Below, piece by piece: positions 17,997-28,700 of a stretch of DNA of 31,305 bases (the first letter of the stretch is position 1; each line of letters opens with the position of its first letter). The stretch covers positions 1-31,305 of the forward strand of contig JADGIF010000036.1 in the NCBI GenBank assembly GCA_018985225.1, given 5' to 3'. The position numbers and the translations under genes were made by a program. A model generated the notes under the pieces. That model was not told where the DNA came from. It was given only the letters and a program-made list of their open reading frames with translations, and did no database searches. Source of the stretch: Amoeboradix gromovi X-113 (Eukaryota; Fungi; Sanchytriomycota).

Positions 17997-19253
17997 CTAT
18001 TTATTTTTATCACTTAATGCAGCTACTCCAGGCAAAGTCTTTCCTTCTAAGAGTTCTAAACTCGCCCCTCCGCCAGTGGATACGTGAGACAATAAGTCAG
18101 TACTTGTCAAAAACTTTTCCGCAGCTGTTGCAGTGTCTCCTCCGCCAATAATGCTTGTTGCGCCATTCTTAGTGGCCTCTGCTACTTCCACCATCAATGA
18201 CTTAGTTCCATTTGCAAACTTTTCGAATTCAAAGACGCCTGATGGACCGTTCCATAAAATAGTCTTGTGAGATGAAATTACTTTTTTAAACGCCAAAGTT
18301 GATTTAGGTCCAATGTCTAATCCCATCCATCCATCTGGAATACCTGATTCATCTGTAGCTGCTCCTACATTTGCGTTTTCATCAAATTTGTCACCTGTAA
18401 CATAATCGTTGGGAAAGTGAATTACGACATTTTTTGATTTGGCTTTATCTATGATATCTTTGACTATTTTAGCTCCCTCTTCATCATAAAGTGAGTTGCC
18501 AATCTTCATGTTGTTTAAAACCTTTTTAAATGTGAAAACCATCCCACCACCGATCATCAAGGTGTCTACACGATCAATCAAGTTAGAAATCAGTTGAATT
18601 TTATCAGAAACTTTTGCCCCACCAAGTATTGCCAAAAACGGTTTATCTGGTGATTCTAATGCTTTTGCAAAATATTGCAATTCTTTTTGCATCAATAGAC
18701 CTGCTGCTTTTTGAGGCAAATTAACACCTACCATGCTTGAATGTGCGCGATGTGCTGTACCAAATGCGTCATTGATGAATATATCAGCCAACATAGAGAG
18801 GGATTTTCGAAATCCATCAATTTTACTTTTATCTGCTTTCTGTTTCTTTCCGCTCTCATCCACATAGCTACCTTCTTCCTCAGGGTAGAATCTCAAGTTT
18901 TCTAATAAAATCACTTCATTTTTTGATGTTTTACAGTAATCTTCGACTGACTTGCCAACACAATCATCAAGGAAAGTTACTTTTCGGTCTAGCAACTTCT
19001 CTAATTCAAGTCCAACTGGTTTCAGAGAGTATTCTAACTTTTTCTGTCCATCAGGTCTCCCTAAATGGGACATTAAAATGACTGACTCACAACCTTGTTT
19101 TAAGCAATATTGGATCGAAGGAACTGCTGCTACAATACGTTGTGTATTAGTCACTGTGCCGTTTTTAATAGGTACATTAAAATCCACTCTCATTAATACC
19201 TTTTTACCAGCTAAGCTAATATCTGTTATTGACAGCTTTTTGCTCAATGACAT
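17997..19253 (-). CDS. PGK1: Phosphoglycerate kinase
   Basis: [72 protein letters not shown]. Confidence 0.98.
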   Translation of the reverse strand: MSLSKKLSITDISLAGKKVLMRVDFNVPIKNGTVTNTQRIVAAVPSIQYCLKQGCESVILMSHLGRPDGQKKLEYSLKPVGLELEKLLDRKVTFLDDCVGKSVEDYCKTSKNEVILLENLRFYPEEEGSYVDESGKKQKADKSKIDGFRKSLSMLADIFINDAFGTAHRAHSSMVGVNLPQKAAGLLMQKELQYFAKALESPDKPFLAILGGAKVSDKIQLISNLIDRVDTLMIGGGMVFTFKKVLNNMKIGNSLYDEEGAKIVKDIIDKAKSKNVVIHFPNDYVTGDKFDENANVGAATDESGIPDGWMGLDIGPKSTLAFKKVISSHKTILWNGPSGVFEFEKFANGTKSLMVEVAEATKNGATSIIGGGDTATAAEKFLTSTDLLSHVSTGGGASLELLEGKTLPGVAALSDKNK

Positions 19254-19285
19254 TTTGTTTTATCCTTGATAGATGAAACGTATAT

Positions 19286-22200
19286 ATGAAGAATGAAAAC
19301 TTATTGAAACTATTGGATTCAAGTGACTCTTCAGATCCAACTGAGCTCTTTAGGTTGCTAAGGCATCCAAATTCACTGGTCTGTGCCCATGTGTATCGTG
19401 AAATTAGAACCAATATCCAAACATATTTACCTAGTTTACATTTGATAGATCTTTATGTTTTAAAAAGCATGACCTTGACGCAGTGCCCTGAACTGGAGCA
19501 AGTGATGATGTTGGTACAAGTTTGGGTCCAATATGAATTACCTTATAGTATTTTATACTGCATCTTAGCGTTTTCTTTAGATTCAAAAGAGTACATATCT
19601 AAAATATGTGTTGGATTGCTAGTTGAATGCGCTATTCATCATCCTCGACTAAAAGTAAGCCATCATTTTATAAGTCATTTAAATCTTAATTGGCGTATTA
19701 GCGATGTTAGCTCTTTTATTCTAATTTCCTTGTTGGAGAGTGTGGAATCTCCTCATTCTTTAGGAGTTTTGCCCTTCATTACACCATTATATGATCCCGA
19801 ATCACAAGAGGAAAAAGTTAATTTTGAAAATATTATTAATTTTTTATTTCTTTTACTTAACACTTGGCATGGCTTGTTCTATATCAAGTGCAACCCTTCT
19901 CTGTGGTCTTTAATTAATGAAACTTTATTACATGGTAGTGATCAAACTCGTGTATTGATATTAAACCTTTTCAAATCTTTTTTTCTGAAAAAAATTAATC
20001 ATTCGATCATAAACTATCCTACTATTTCTGATGCTAATATATCCTCTGAAGTTTTAAAGGCATTGATACATCACAAAATTTTGGAATCCCTGACCGTTGT
20101 TGTTAACATTCCCTCTTTACATGAATTGACCTCTGAAGTTCTATTTATTATTTACGAGTACGCGCATGATATCCTCGTGAATGTGAACTTGGAAAACGTC
20201 GAGAGTATATTTAAGTCTGCTACCTGTTTCCAACCGCTTTCTAAACATTACAACATACTAAAATCACTTGAATTATCCTCTTTATATCCTGTACACTGTC
20301 AGCAACTGTTTGTTATCGACAATTCTCTTAAAAAGACTACAATCAATAAACTGTATTATCATCAGCTGTTCGATATGAACAAGGCATCGCACACCGTAAA
20401 GGGATTTAGCAACTCACCAATGGGGATATTAAAATCTTTAAATGATGCCATGTGTAGTAATAATACCTTTAATAAACCAGAACTTTGGTATTTTGAGCTG
20501 ATAAACCAGTGTCTATTGCAGCTGGAGAATGAGCTACTATTTAATGAGTTTGTAAACTCAAAATACTACAAAAGATTATTTTTATACTTCAACATATCAT
20601 CCAATGAATTCAATTCATTGGGGAGAGACTGTAATAAATCAATAGTAAATACTTTTAATCTATTAATACAGACATCTTTAAACCAGGAAAGTGCATTTAA
20701 CAATGATTTTATGAATTCATTCTCCCTTGGACTAAAGGGACTTATACCCTCGTTTACAGGCGGCGATAATGCCTTTAGCAATCAAAACATAGATAACACT
20801 TGTATATATTATTATATAAGTATATTGCAGATATTCAGTAACAATCCAAATGGCTTGATCGTATTAAACCAGTACAATATTTTTACTATTTTGTTTCAAA
20901 TTATAGACCACGCTAGCAACCAATCGTTTATACTAGTTCTCCTGGAATACTTTAACTTTTATAACCTTCATGGCAAAGGATTGTTAAACAAACTAACCAC
21001 CAGTACTTATGAGATAATTAGACTAAAGGCATTAAACCATTTATCAGACATTCCAAAGGATTATCAGATATATGGAATGCAGTTGCTGATAGAGCAGCTG
21101 CAGGACCCCATCGCTTCTATACGGTACAAAGCAACAGAGCTACTAACAACATTGCTTAATACACCTACAATGATCAACACATTTATAAATTATAAGCCTT
21201 CGATAGAATCTATAAAGATAAACAAACAGCTTGTATACACGTGCTTGACTACTGGGGATGGGTTTGACTACTTGCAAGGATTTGTAGATTTAGAGTTGCG
21301 ATTGTACACCTGTTTGATGAACACACGGCATGTTATAGAGCAGGATGCACGTAGCACCAGTATGCTGCTAAATCACCATTCGGAAGATGTGTTTAGCAAG
21401 TGTAAATTTGATAAAGAGATGCAAATAGAGTGCGACGAGGGCATTAATGTACATTTCTTCAATTATGCGTGCAGAACAAAAACAGGATACAGACATTTGT
21501 CCTGTAGTAAAGAATTTGAGCAAATGGTACAATACATAAAGAAACCGATAGAATTGCTGAACTATAAAGAGAGCGTGATACTAAGAGGTGTAATAATGGC
21601 AATGGGGTATATGGGCATGAGCCTGTATGGTATAATGTGCTTGGAAGATTACAATTTAATAAGCACCATGATTGATCTTGCGTATAGCAGTGAAAACATA
21701 AGTGTACGGGGGACGTGTTTTACGGCAATATCAATGATAGGCACCACCGAAAAAGGAAGAGAGAGATTAGAAAAGTTAAAATGGCAGTGCAGCATGTCTA
21801 AGAAGCATGTATTGCGAATGAACAACGAGCCTAGAGCAGAATTCTATAAAGTATTTATACCAGTAATGTAGCTGAACAGTGAATCCCGAACCCAACAAGA
21901 AGAAGGACTTGATGACGAAGTTGTTGAAGACATTTTGGAAGTCGAGTTGATAAACCTACTGGGCGATTTGAGCAATAACGTGATTTATACGAAGCAATGC
22001 AACAGAATTAGGCAGATTAAACAGACAAAAGGTGAACTGTTCAACAGGGGAAATGTTATCTTGCAACTGCACAAGTTACTGAATCACATAACATATAGTA
22101 CCACAGCTTACAGGTTTATATTTAGTGTTTTTGATCTGAAGATAGATCTGTTTGAATTAACAAGCGGTACAACGACTAAATTGACAAAGACAATGCCAAG

Positions 22201-22306
22201 AAGAATAAAAAAACAGACGTTTGATCCCGATGTAGACAAGACCTTGATTAAAAGACTGCAAAAGAGGCCAGATATTGATGGACCAGATGGCTTTCACAGG
22301 GATTAG
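19286..22306 (+). CDS. Rictor/Avo3-like TORC2 subunit, divergent (exons 19286-21850 and 21872-22306)
   Basis: HEAT/ARM-like protein with LLIEQLQDP, HFF...RTKTGYRHL, LRGVIMAMGYMG-S-YG and SVRGTCFTAISMIGTT-KG-E-L, matching Rictor middle/domain V motifs. The downstream ORF is in the same frame after a 21-nt GT-AG segment containing the stop. Confidence 0.75.
21851..21871 (+). other. 21-nt spliceosomal intron in the Rictor-like gene
   Basis: GTATTTATACCAGTAATGTAG. The acceptor TAG is the in-frame stop and removal fuses the two same-frame ORFs. Confidence 0.7.
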
Positions 22307-22339
22307 CAACAGTTGTAATCTACTGACATCTGAAGTATA

Positions 22340-22512
22340 CAACTGGGACATCAAATATAAAAACTGGACTAACTTCTTATTTTAAAGTGGGGATTGAAAG
22401 TAATGAAGGAAATTGGTATAACAGAAGATCTTTTATTAATGATAGCATTTCCTCTGTATGGTGCACCTTTAAAAACGAGTTAGACTAGTTTTTATATTTG
22501 GTGTCCCATGTG
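22340..22512 (+). mobile_element. Tc1/mariner-derived MITE, copy 2 (173 bp), inverted relative to copy 1
   Basis: TA|CAACTGGGACATCAAATATAAAAACTGGACTAACT ... AGTTAGACTAGTTTTTATATTTGGTGTCCCATGTG|TA, i.e. about 35-bp imperfect TIRs with TA on both sides. The reverse complement aligns with 17660-17800 and 17935-17973. Confidence 0.8.
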
Positions 22513-22746
22513 TAGAGAACGAATGATACGTGGGATGCTCCGAACTATCAAAGAGTTTTAATAAACGACTGAATAAGCAGATTCAGGGGTTTTATCAATC
22601 TTAAAGTGCAAGTCAATTGCCAGTATCTTGCTGTTTCAAGATCATCTTATTTGATTACTGAATAGTAGTAAATACATTTATTGTTTCAATCTCAAGAGAC
22701 AAATTATTGCAAGTCAAGCATTTGTGCTTGATGTATCTTGCTTGCT

Positions 22747-25700
22747 TTATTCCATGTATGCCTTGAGTGCTTTTGCAATTATTCCTGGCAATTCTTTTAC
22801 CTCTTTAACAATCTCATATTTGAAAGCCATCAAGTCCAGGTATTTCTTTAATTCTATTTTGCCTTGCACTTGTGTTGCAGTTGTAAGCTCTTCTATAAAC
22901 TCGTTCCTATCCATGATCAACAATAAGGTCTTTACACCTTGCTCTTGCTGCTCAACCAACAATCTCTTAATTTTTGAGTGCTCATTGTATATTCCATCAC
23001 TGATTATTATGTGCAGCTTGTTCTCTATCTTCCCAAATTCTACACTGGAAAGCATTTTACAAACATCAGTCTGCTCTCCGTTAAACTCTATTTTCTCTAT
23101 AAAATGACAAAGGACCGACAGTTCGCATTGCCCTTTCCAGTCCATTAATGTTGTGCACGCTGTATCAAACAAATTAATCTTGACTTGCCCTAACTGTCCA
23201 TGGTTCATTATCGATTGACATAACATCATCACGCTATATATTGCTTGCTTATACACTTGTTGCATACTGCTGCTGTTATCAATACTCAGCATTACATGAC
23301 ACTGTTCCTTGTTTTGTTTTACTCTTCTTTTCCATATTTTGGGATTACCCTGCATAAAGTTCATTATTCTTCTGATGTTAATTCTTTTACCACTACTGTA
23401 GTCACCAACTAATCTGCTTTTACTCTTGTATTCTAATATATGCTCCAATTCCCTACTTAGGAGCATTGATTCCTGGTTACATTCTATTGCTATTCTCATC
23501 AGTTCAGTTATTGGCGTATTTAGAGAGGGTATAGAAGTGGTGATGGAATTGTACACAGTGCTGTTATCTATCTTGCTACTGTTTACGGCACTACAATCTA
23601 ATGAATTACCCGTAATCATCTCATCGTTCATATTGTCGTTGATATCATTTGCATCATCATTTGCATCATCATTACCATCATTTGGATTGCTATCTTCAAT
23701 ATTTTTCAGTTCCATTTCAACAGGGTTATCATTTTTGTAATCCTCAATGGCTTTACTATCGGCATTTCCACTTTCTGCCTCATTCTGCGCATCCATGACT
23801 ATTTCGTCCTCTAATGTTTTTGTTGTTTCTACTTGCACTGGTTCGTCTATTTCATTCTCGATTTTTTGATCATCTATTTCATTCTCGATTGGTTGCTCCT
23901 CTACTTCATCAAAATCCTCCAGCTCTTCGACCTCTTCAACTTGTTCAGCATCCTCGACATCCTTTGCGGAGTTCTCTGAAAGTGCGGAGTGCTCTGAAAG
24001 TCCAGAATGTTCTGAAAGTTCAGAATGTTGCGAATGCATATCTTGCTCATCTGTTTTATCATTCAGCTGCTCTCCCATTTCCACATCTTTCTGCGGTTCT
24101 TGGAAATCCATTTCGACATCTTCTGCATCTACTTGTTCTTTTTCACTGCATTCTGATAACTGGTCCTCCTTCTGGTCCTGATCATCTCTGATATCATCGT
24201 TTAGTCTCTCGTTGTCGTCTTTTACATCATCCATTTCTTCTCCCACATCTGTGTCTATATCTGTATCAATCTCCTCTAAATCGCTTACATCATCCATGTA
24301 GTCCACTATATCATCATTATCATTGTTATTATTGTTGGAATCCTTAATATCACCATTAACATCATCCAAGTCTTCTTGCTCAGTGACATCGTTGGTTGCA
24401 TCAATCAAGCCATTCGAGTCTTGTTGCTGCCCTTGTTCTTGTTCCTGCTCTTGTTCCTGCTGCTCCTGTTGCTTCTTTAAATACTCTACAAAAGTCAATA
24501 GTTGGTTCATTGCCAATCTAGTGAATGCCATCGTGGTACTTGTTCTCATCAAGTAGTGATATATTCCCATAATGCATTGCCCTATCTTCTTTAAATCTCC
24601 CATGTAGTGCTGCTGCTTATAGTACACCTTGAATTGCAAATAGTGTATAAACAGCACGCATCGTAATTCCGCTCTATCCCCAGTTTGTATGGTTTGTGCG
24701 CTTATATAACTATACATACAGTATTCACTCTTAACATTCTTAAAGTACTTGCAACTTCTCATTAAACTTGTTATCTTGCTGTTAATTGGAAACCAAGACA
24801 ACATTTCCATTTCTTGCTCTGTTAGATCATGCTCTCTTTCATTGAGTCTCTGCAATTCTATTTTTGTTACGTCTACAGTGTTGCTTGCTAGTTTGTTGTA
24901 GTATTCCACGCCCACCTTGTTGACCTGCACTTGTAATCTATCATTTACATCTTTGATGTACAGCGTGTTCTTGTGCTTGTACGCGTTTATGGTTGCTATA
25001 TCATTTAGTTTACTAGTCATGTTGTTAACTAATGTGCTAGAACTGTAGTTACTGTGTATCCAGTTATAAAACGTTTTAAAGAATATGCTGGTACTGGTGC
25101 CATGCTCATGCAGTATGCGTGCTATTATTGGCAGTATAAATAGTGGTAACTGCAACCGCAGGATGTACTGTATGTAATGCTTGGCGTCTAGATTGTTGTT
25201 GATTATCATGTTTACGTATTCATTGTTGTACGCCGTAATCACTTTAAGCTCTATCAGTATCAGAGTATTAGTAATATAAGACAATTGCAGCTTGCGAATA
25301 CTTGTAATGTATCCCGCTAGCGTGCTGCATGCAGTCGCTAAAACAGTATTACGATTGCTAGTAGTTTTCATTAGTTCTAATTCAGTAGTTGTCTGCATTA
25401 GCAACCTGCTTGTATTATGCATCGTGAGCTTATGGATTGGAGTATTAACAAATTCATTCATCAGCTGCACAATGTATAACAATGTAGATTGATCCGTAAC
25501 ATTATTTAACAGAGAATTGCAAGTATTGATCAGCTCTGAAACTACACTCATAATTTCTGATAGTAATTGCAAAGGAACCAGATCTAGCTGATAAATTGGA
25601 TCACTAGGGGTGGATATGGCTAGTTTGTTGACTATACTTGTTACAGTTGCAGCAGTGATGCTACCATCAACGCAATTGGCAATCAGTGCATTAAAATGAG

Positions 25701-28700
25701 ATTGATGTGTATTATACATCATTCTGTTTAACAATGCATGGACTTTGGGATATTTGCTATTCTTAAGCAAAGATAGCAACACAAGGTTTATTGCAAGACT
25801 AGGATTGAGGTTGAATGGAATAGTGCTTCTGTCAACATTATCCATATCATCATCGGTTTTGGTAACATCTAAACCATCTTCCAATTGCAACAGTTTGAAC
25901 GCGTGAGAGCAACTGGTATCTACTGCTAAAGCTTCTAGTTCTTCGATTTCTGTTGAAGCCCTTGTAGCTGGTACAACTGGTAGAATGTCTTTCAGAAACA
26001 ATGCTGCAATGTCTGGTCTATCTAGCACAACCTGCTTTATATACTCTATTTTAATATCTTTGCTGGTAATCTGCATTTTGTTAAAATAAAACAGGTCAAA
26101 TACCGGAACATTAACAGAATCAAAAAGGATGTTGTTAGATATTGATGACAAGGAATCTAAAAGCTTAAATAAAATGTCAAAATTAAAATTTGAATCTAAA
26201 AGAGTGCGAGCATCTTTCAAAATGCTAGGGAAATCAGAGATGAAAAGATTGATGGTAGATTTGAAACGAATGTAATTGTTGATTACGGTTGCAGGATCTA
26301 CTTCAGAATACATTTTAAAGACTGCTGCTTCATCATCTTTTATTTCGGCTGTATCACAATCTCTGCTAGTCTCTGGGGCTGCAGTACTGTTTACAGCATC
26401 CAGAAATCGCTGAAGCATGGCTCTAGCATCCATATAGTTGTTGAATGTGCCGAAATGCAGTGTATTGTAATAGTGTGTAATCTGGCTAACCAAGTGGCCA
26501 TTAAAATCTATACTACTGGATGTATAAAACAAACAAAGAACGAGATTATTAAACAATGCATCGTGAGCGTTGCTGCATCTCAAACACTGATTGTACCGCA
26601 TGTAGCTTTTGTAGTAATCTACAAGATCTAGTTTGACTGGAGCTGGCAGAGTGATATAGTTTTTATAAATATAGTTCATCGTATCAAGAGGATAATCAGA
26701 AATAGAGCTATACAACGGAGAAATAAGAGCTATTAAACTTAAATTATTATTTTTAGCAGCCATGGTAATGTGCTTCAATAAATTGCTCCACCTGTAGTGC
26801 AACAGAATAAACAGCAACAAATCCGAATCAACAAATAGCGCGCCACTGATATTGGTACTGGTACAATCTACTATTAGACATCTATTGTTTAGAGCCTTGC
26901 TGTAACTATGGTCGTGTGATATTAATGTGATCATATGATCTGAATGCTTTTTGATGATAGAATTGTTAACATATATAGAATCAGAATCGAACAGCTGATT
27001 AACAAAGTCGAAAACAGAATTGTTGCATTGGTTTATGGAAAGAAGAATTGAATGGCCCGGTAATTGAATATCCTTTATGAAGTTGGAATAACCATATACC
27101 AGAGAGTTGTTAACTAGAGAAGTGCAACTAATCAAATCATCCACATCAGTAAAATATGAACAGTTATAGATGTTGTACTTTTTCAAGGCGTAGAATGACT
27201 TTAAAGAGTTGGACAGGATTAGCATGTTTGTTGTACCTGAGTGAGCATTGATAACGGAGCTCAAATTACGAGTATGTGGAGTATCAACAGAGCTAAAATA
27301 CTTGCCTATGATGTCAACCACAGCATCTAGATTCTTGGAATCAACACGATCTACAGTCAATGCATAAATTGCAGAATATTTGCTAGTATGCTTAGCTGCA
27401 CTCATAAGCTGTTTGTATTTAAACAAATCACGAATATTCCATTGTTTATACGGAGTGACGACTTTGATGAGTTGCAAATCACTAGCAGCATTTAAATCGT
27501 TAAAGCAATGAACCACGCTACTATCTATCTGTAGACTATCACTAATAATCAATAGATCTTGCAAATTATAAGGCTTAAAATTTATAAGCAAAAACCTACC
27601 AAGGAAAGAACGCGGCAATTGTTTCCTGCCATCTAACAGACAAGTAGGATTCATAGTAGCGATTAGCTTGAACTTTTGATGGCATTTGTAGGTCACACTA
27701 TTAACTACTACAGTTCTTCTAAAATCCAACAAACTGTTCAAACCTTCTAGGACAGATTGATTAGCTAAATTCAACTCATCCAAAATGACATAATAGCCAT
27801 GAATAACAGCATCTAGCAAAGGGCCATTGACAAATTCAAGTTTGCTGTCTATCAAATGATACTTGCCAAAGAGATCACAAAGATCTAAATCATGAGACAT
27901 TGTTATCTTTGTGCACTTGATATTATTGATGGCCGCACAATACTCTACCAAGGTAGATTTACCGATACCTACAGTGCCTTGAATGATTATAGGGTTGTTA
28001 ATACTAGTCGCGATTAACAACAGCTGCAGATTAAACAAGGAAGAGGGAGATTTTATCCAACCAGTATAAGGGGAGAGATCAAAAGATTTGAAACCTACTT
28101 TTAGAATGTTAGACTCTTTATCGAACATAAGTAAGTCTGAGTCGGACAGCCCATACGAAACTGTGTACACAAGTGGAATCAAACCAAATTCATTGATTAA
28201 AAGCAAGGAATATTGCAAGTTCCTCACCGTAAATGTACCCGAGACATGCTTAGATTGAATGTCGTGGTAAAATGAGCATGCTTTTGACACATGATCCTCA
28301 GACAAATTGATGTTCAAGGATTTAAGATAAACATATGAGTAGTCTATAAGATCATCCAAGGACAACCGATAATGAATGAAGATCTCGGTAAATCTGTTTC
28401 TTAGGGCACTGCTAAGTTCCCTTTTAGCAATATCAGTGTTGGGATTCATTGTGGCAAAACAATTAAAGCCACTAGAACATTTAATAGCACTGTTGTCTTG
28501 CAGGTTGTCAGAAAGCAACAAGTAGCCATCCTGTTCCAGCACACTGTTCAGCCTTTCCAAAACAGCATCGTCAGCTAAATTGATTTCATCGATCAACAAG
28601 TACTGACCATTAATCATTGCAGTAGGGACAGGACCATTTACGTACTTGAAATCCATTTTAGTACCACCATCATCGGTATATACAGGCATGTAGCACCCTA

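Noticed and set aside
21869-21871. TAG readthrough or a TAR=Gln alternative genetic code in the Rictor-like gene
   Set aside because: PGK, MOB1, amidase and CAP59 end normally at TAA/TAG, and a 21-nt GT-AG intron explains the in-frame stop.
23846-24029. Short tandem repeats as a CRISPR-like array
   Set aside because: In-frame 18- and 27-bp coding repeats within the midasin acidic region, with no unique spacers.
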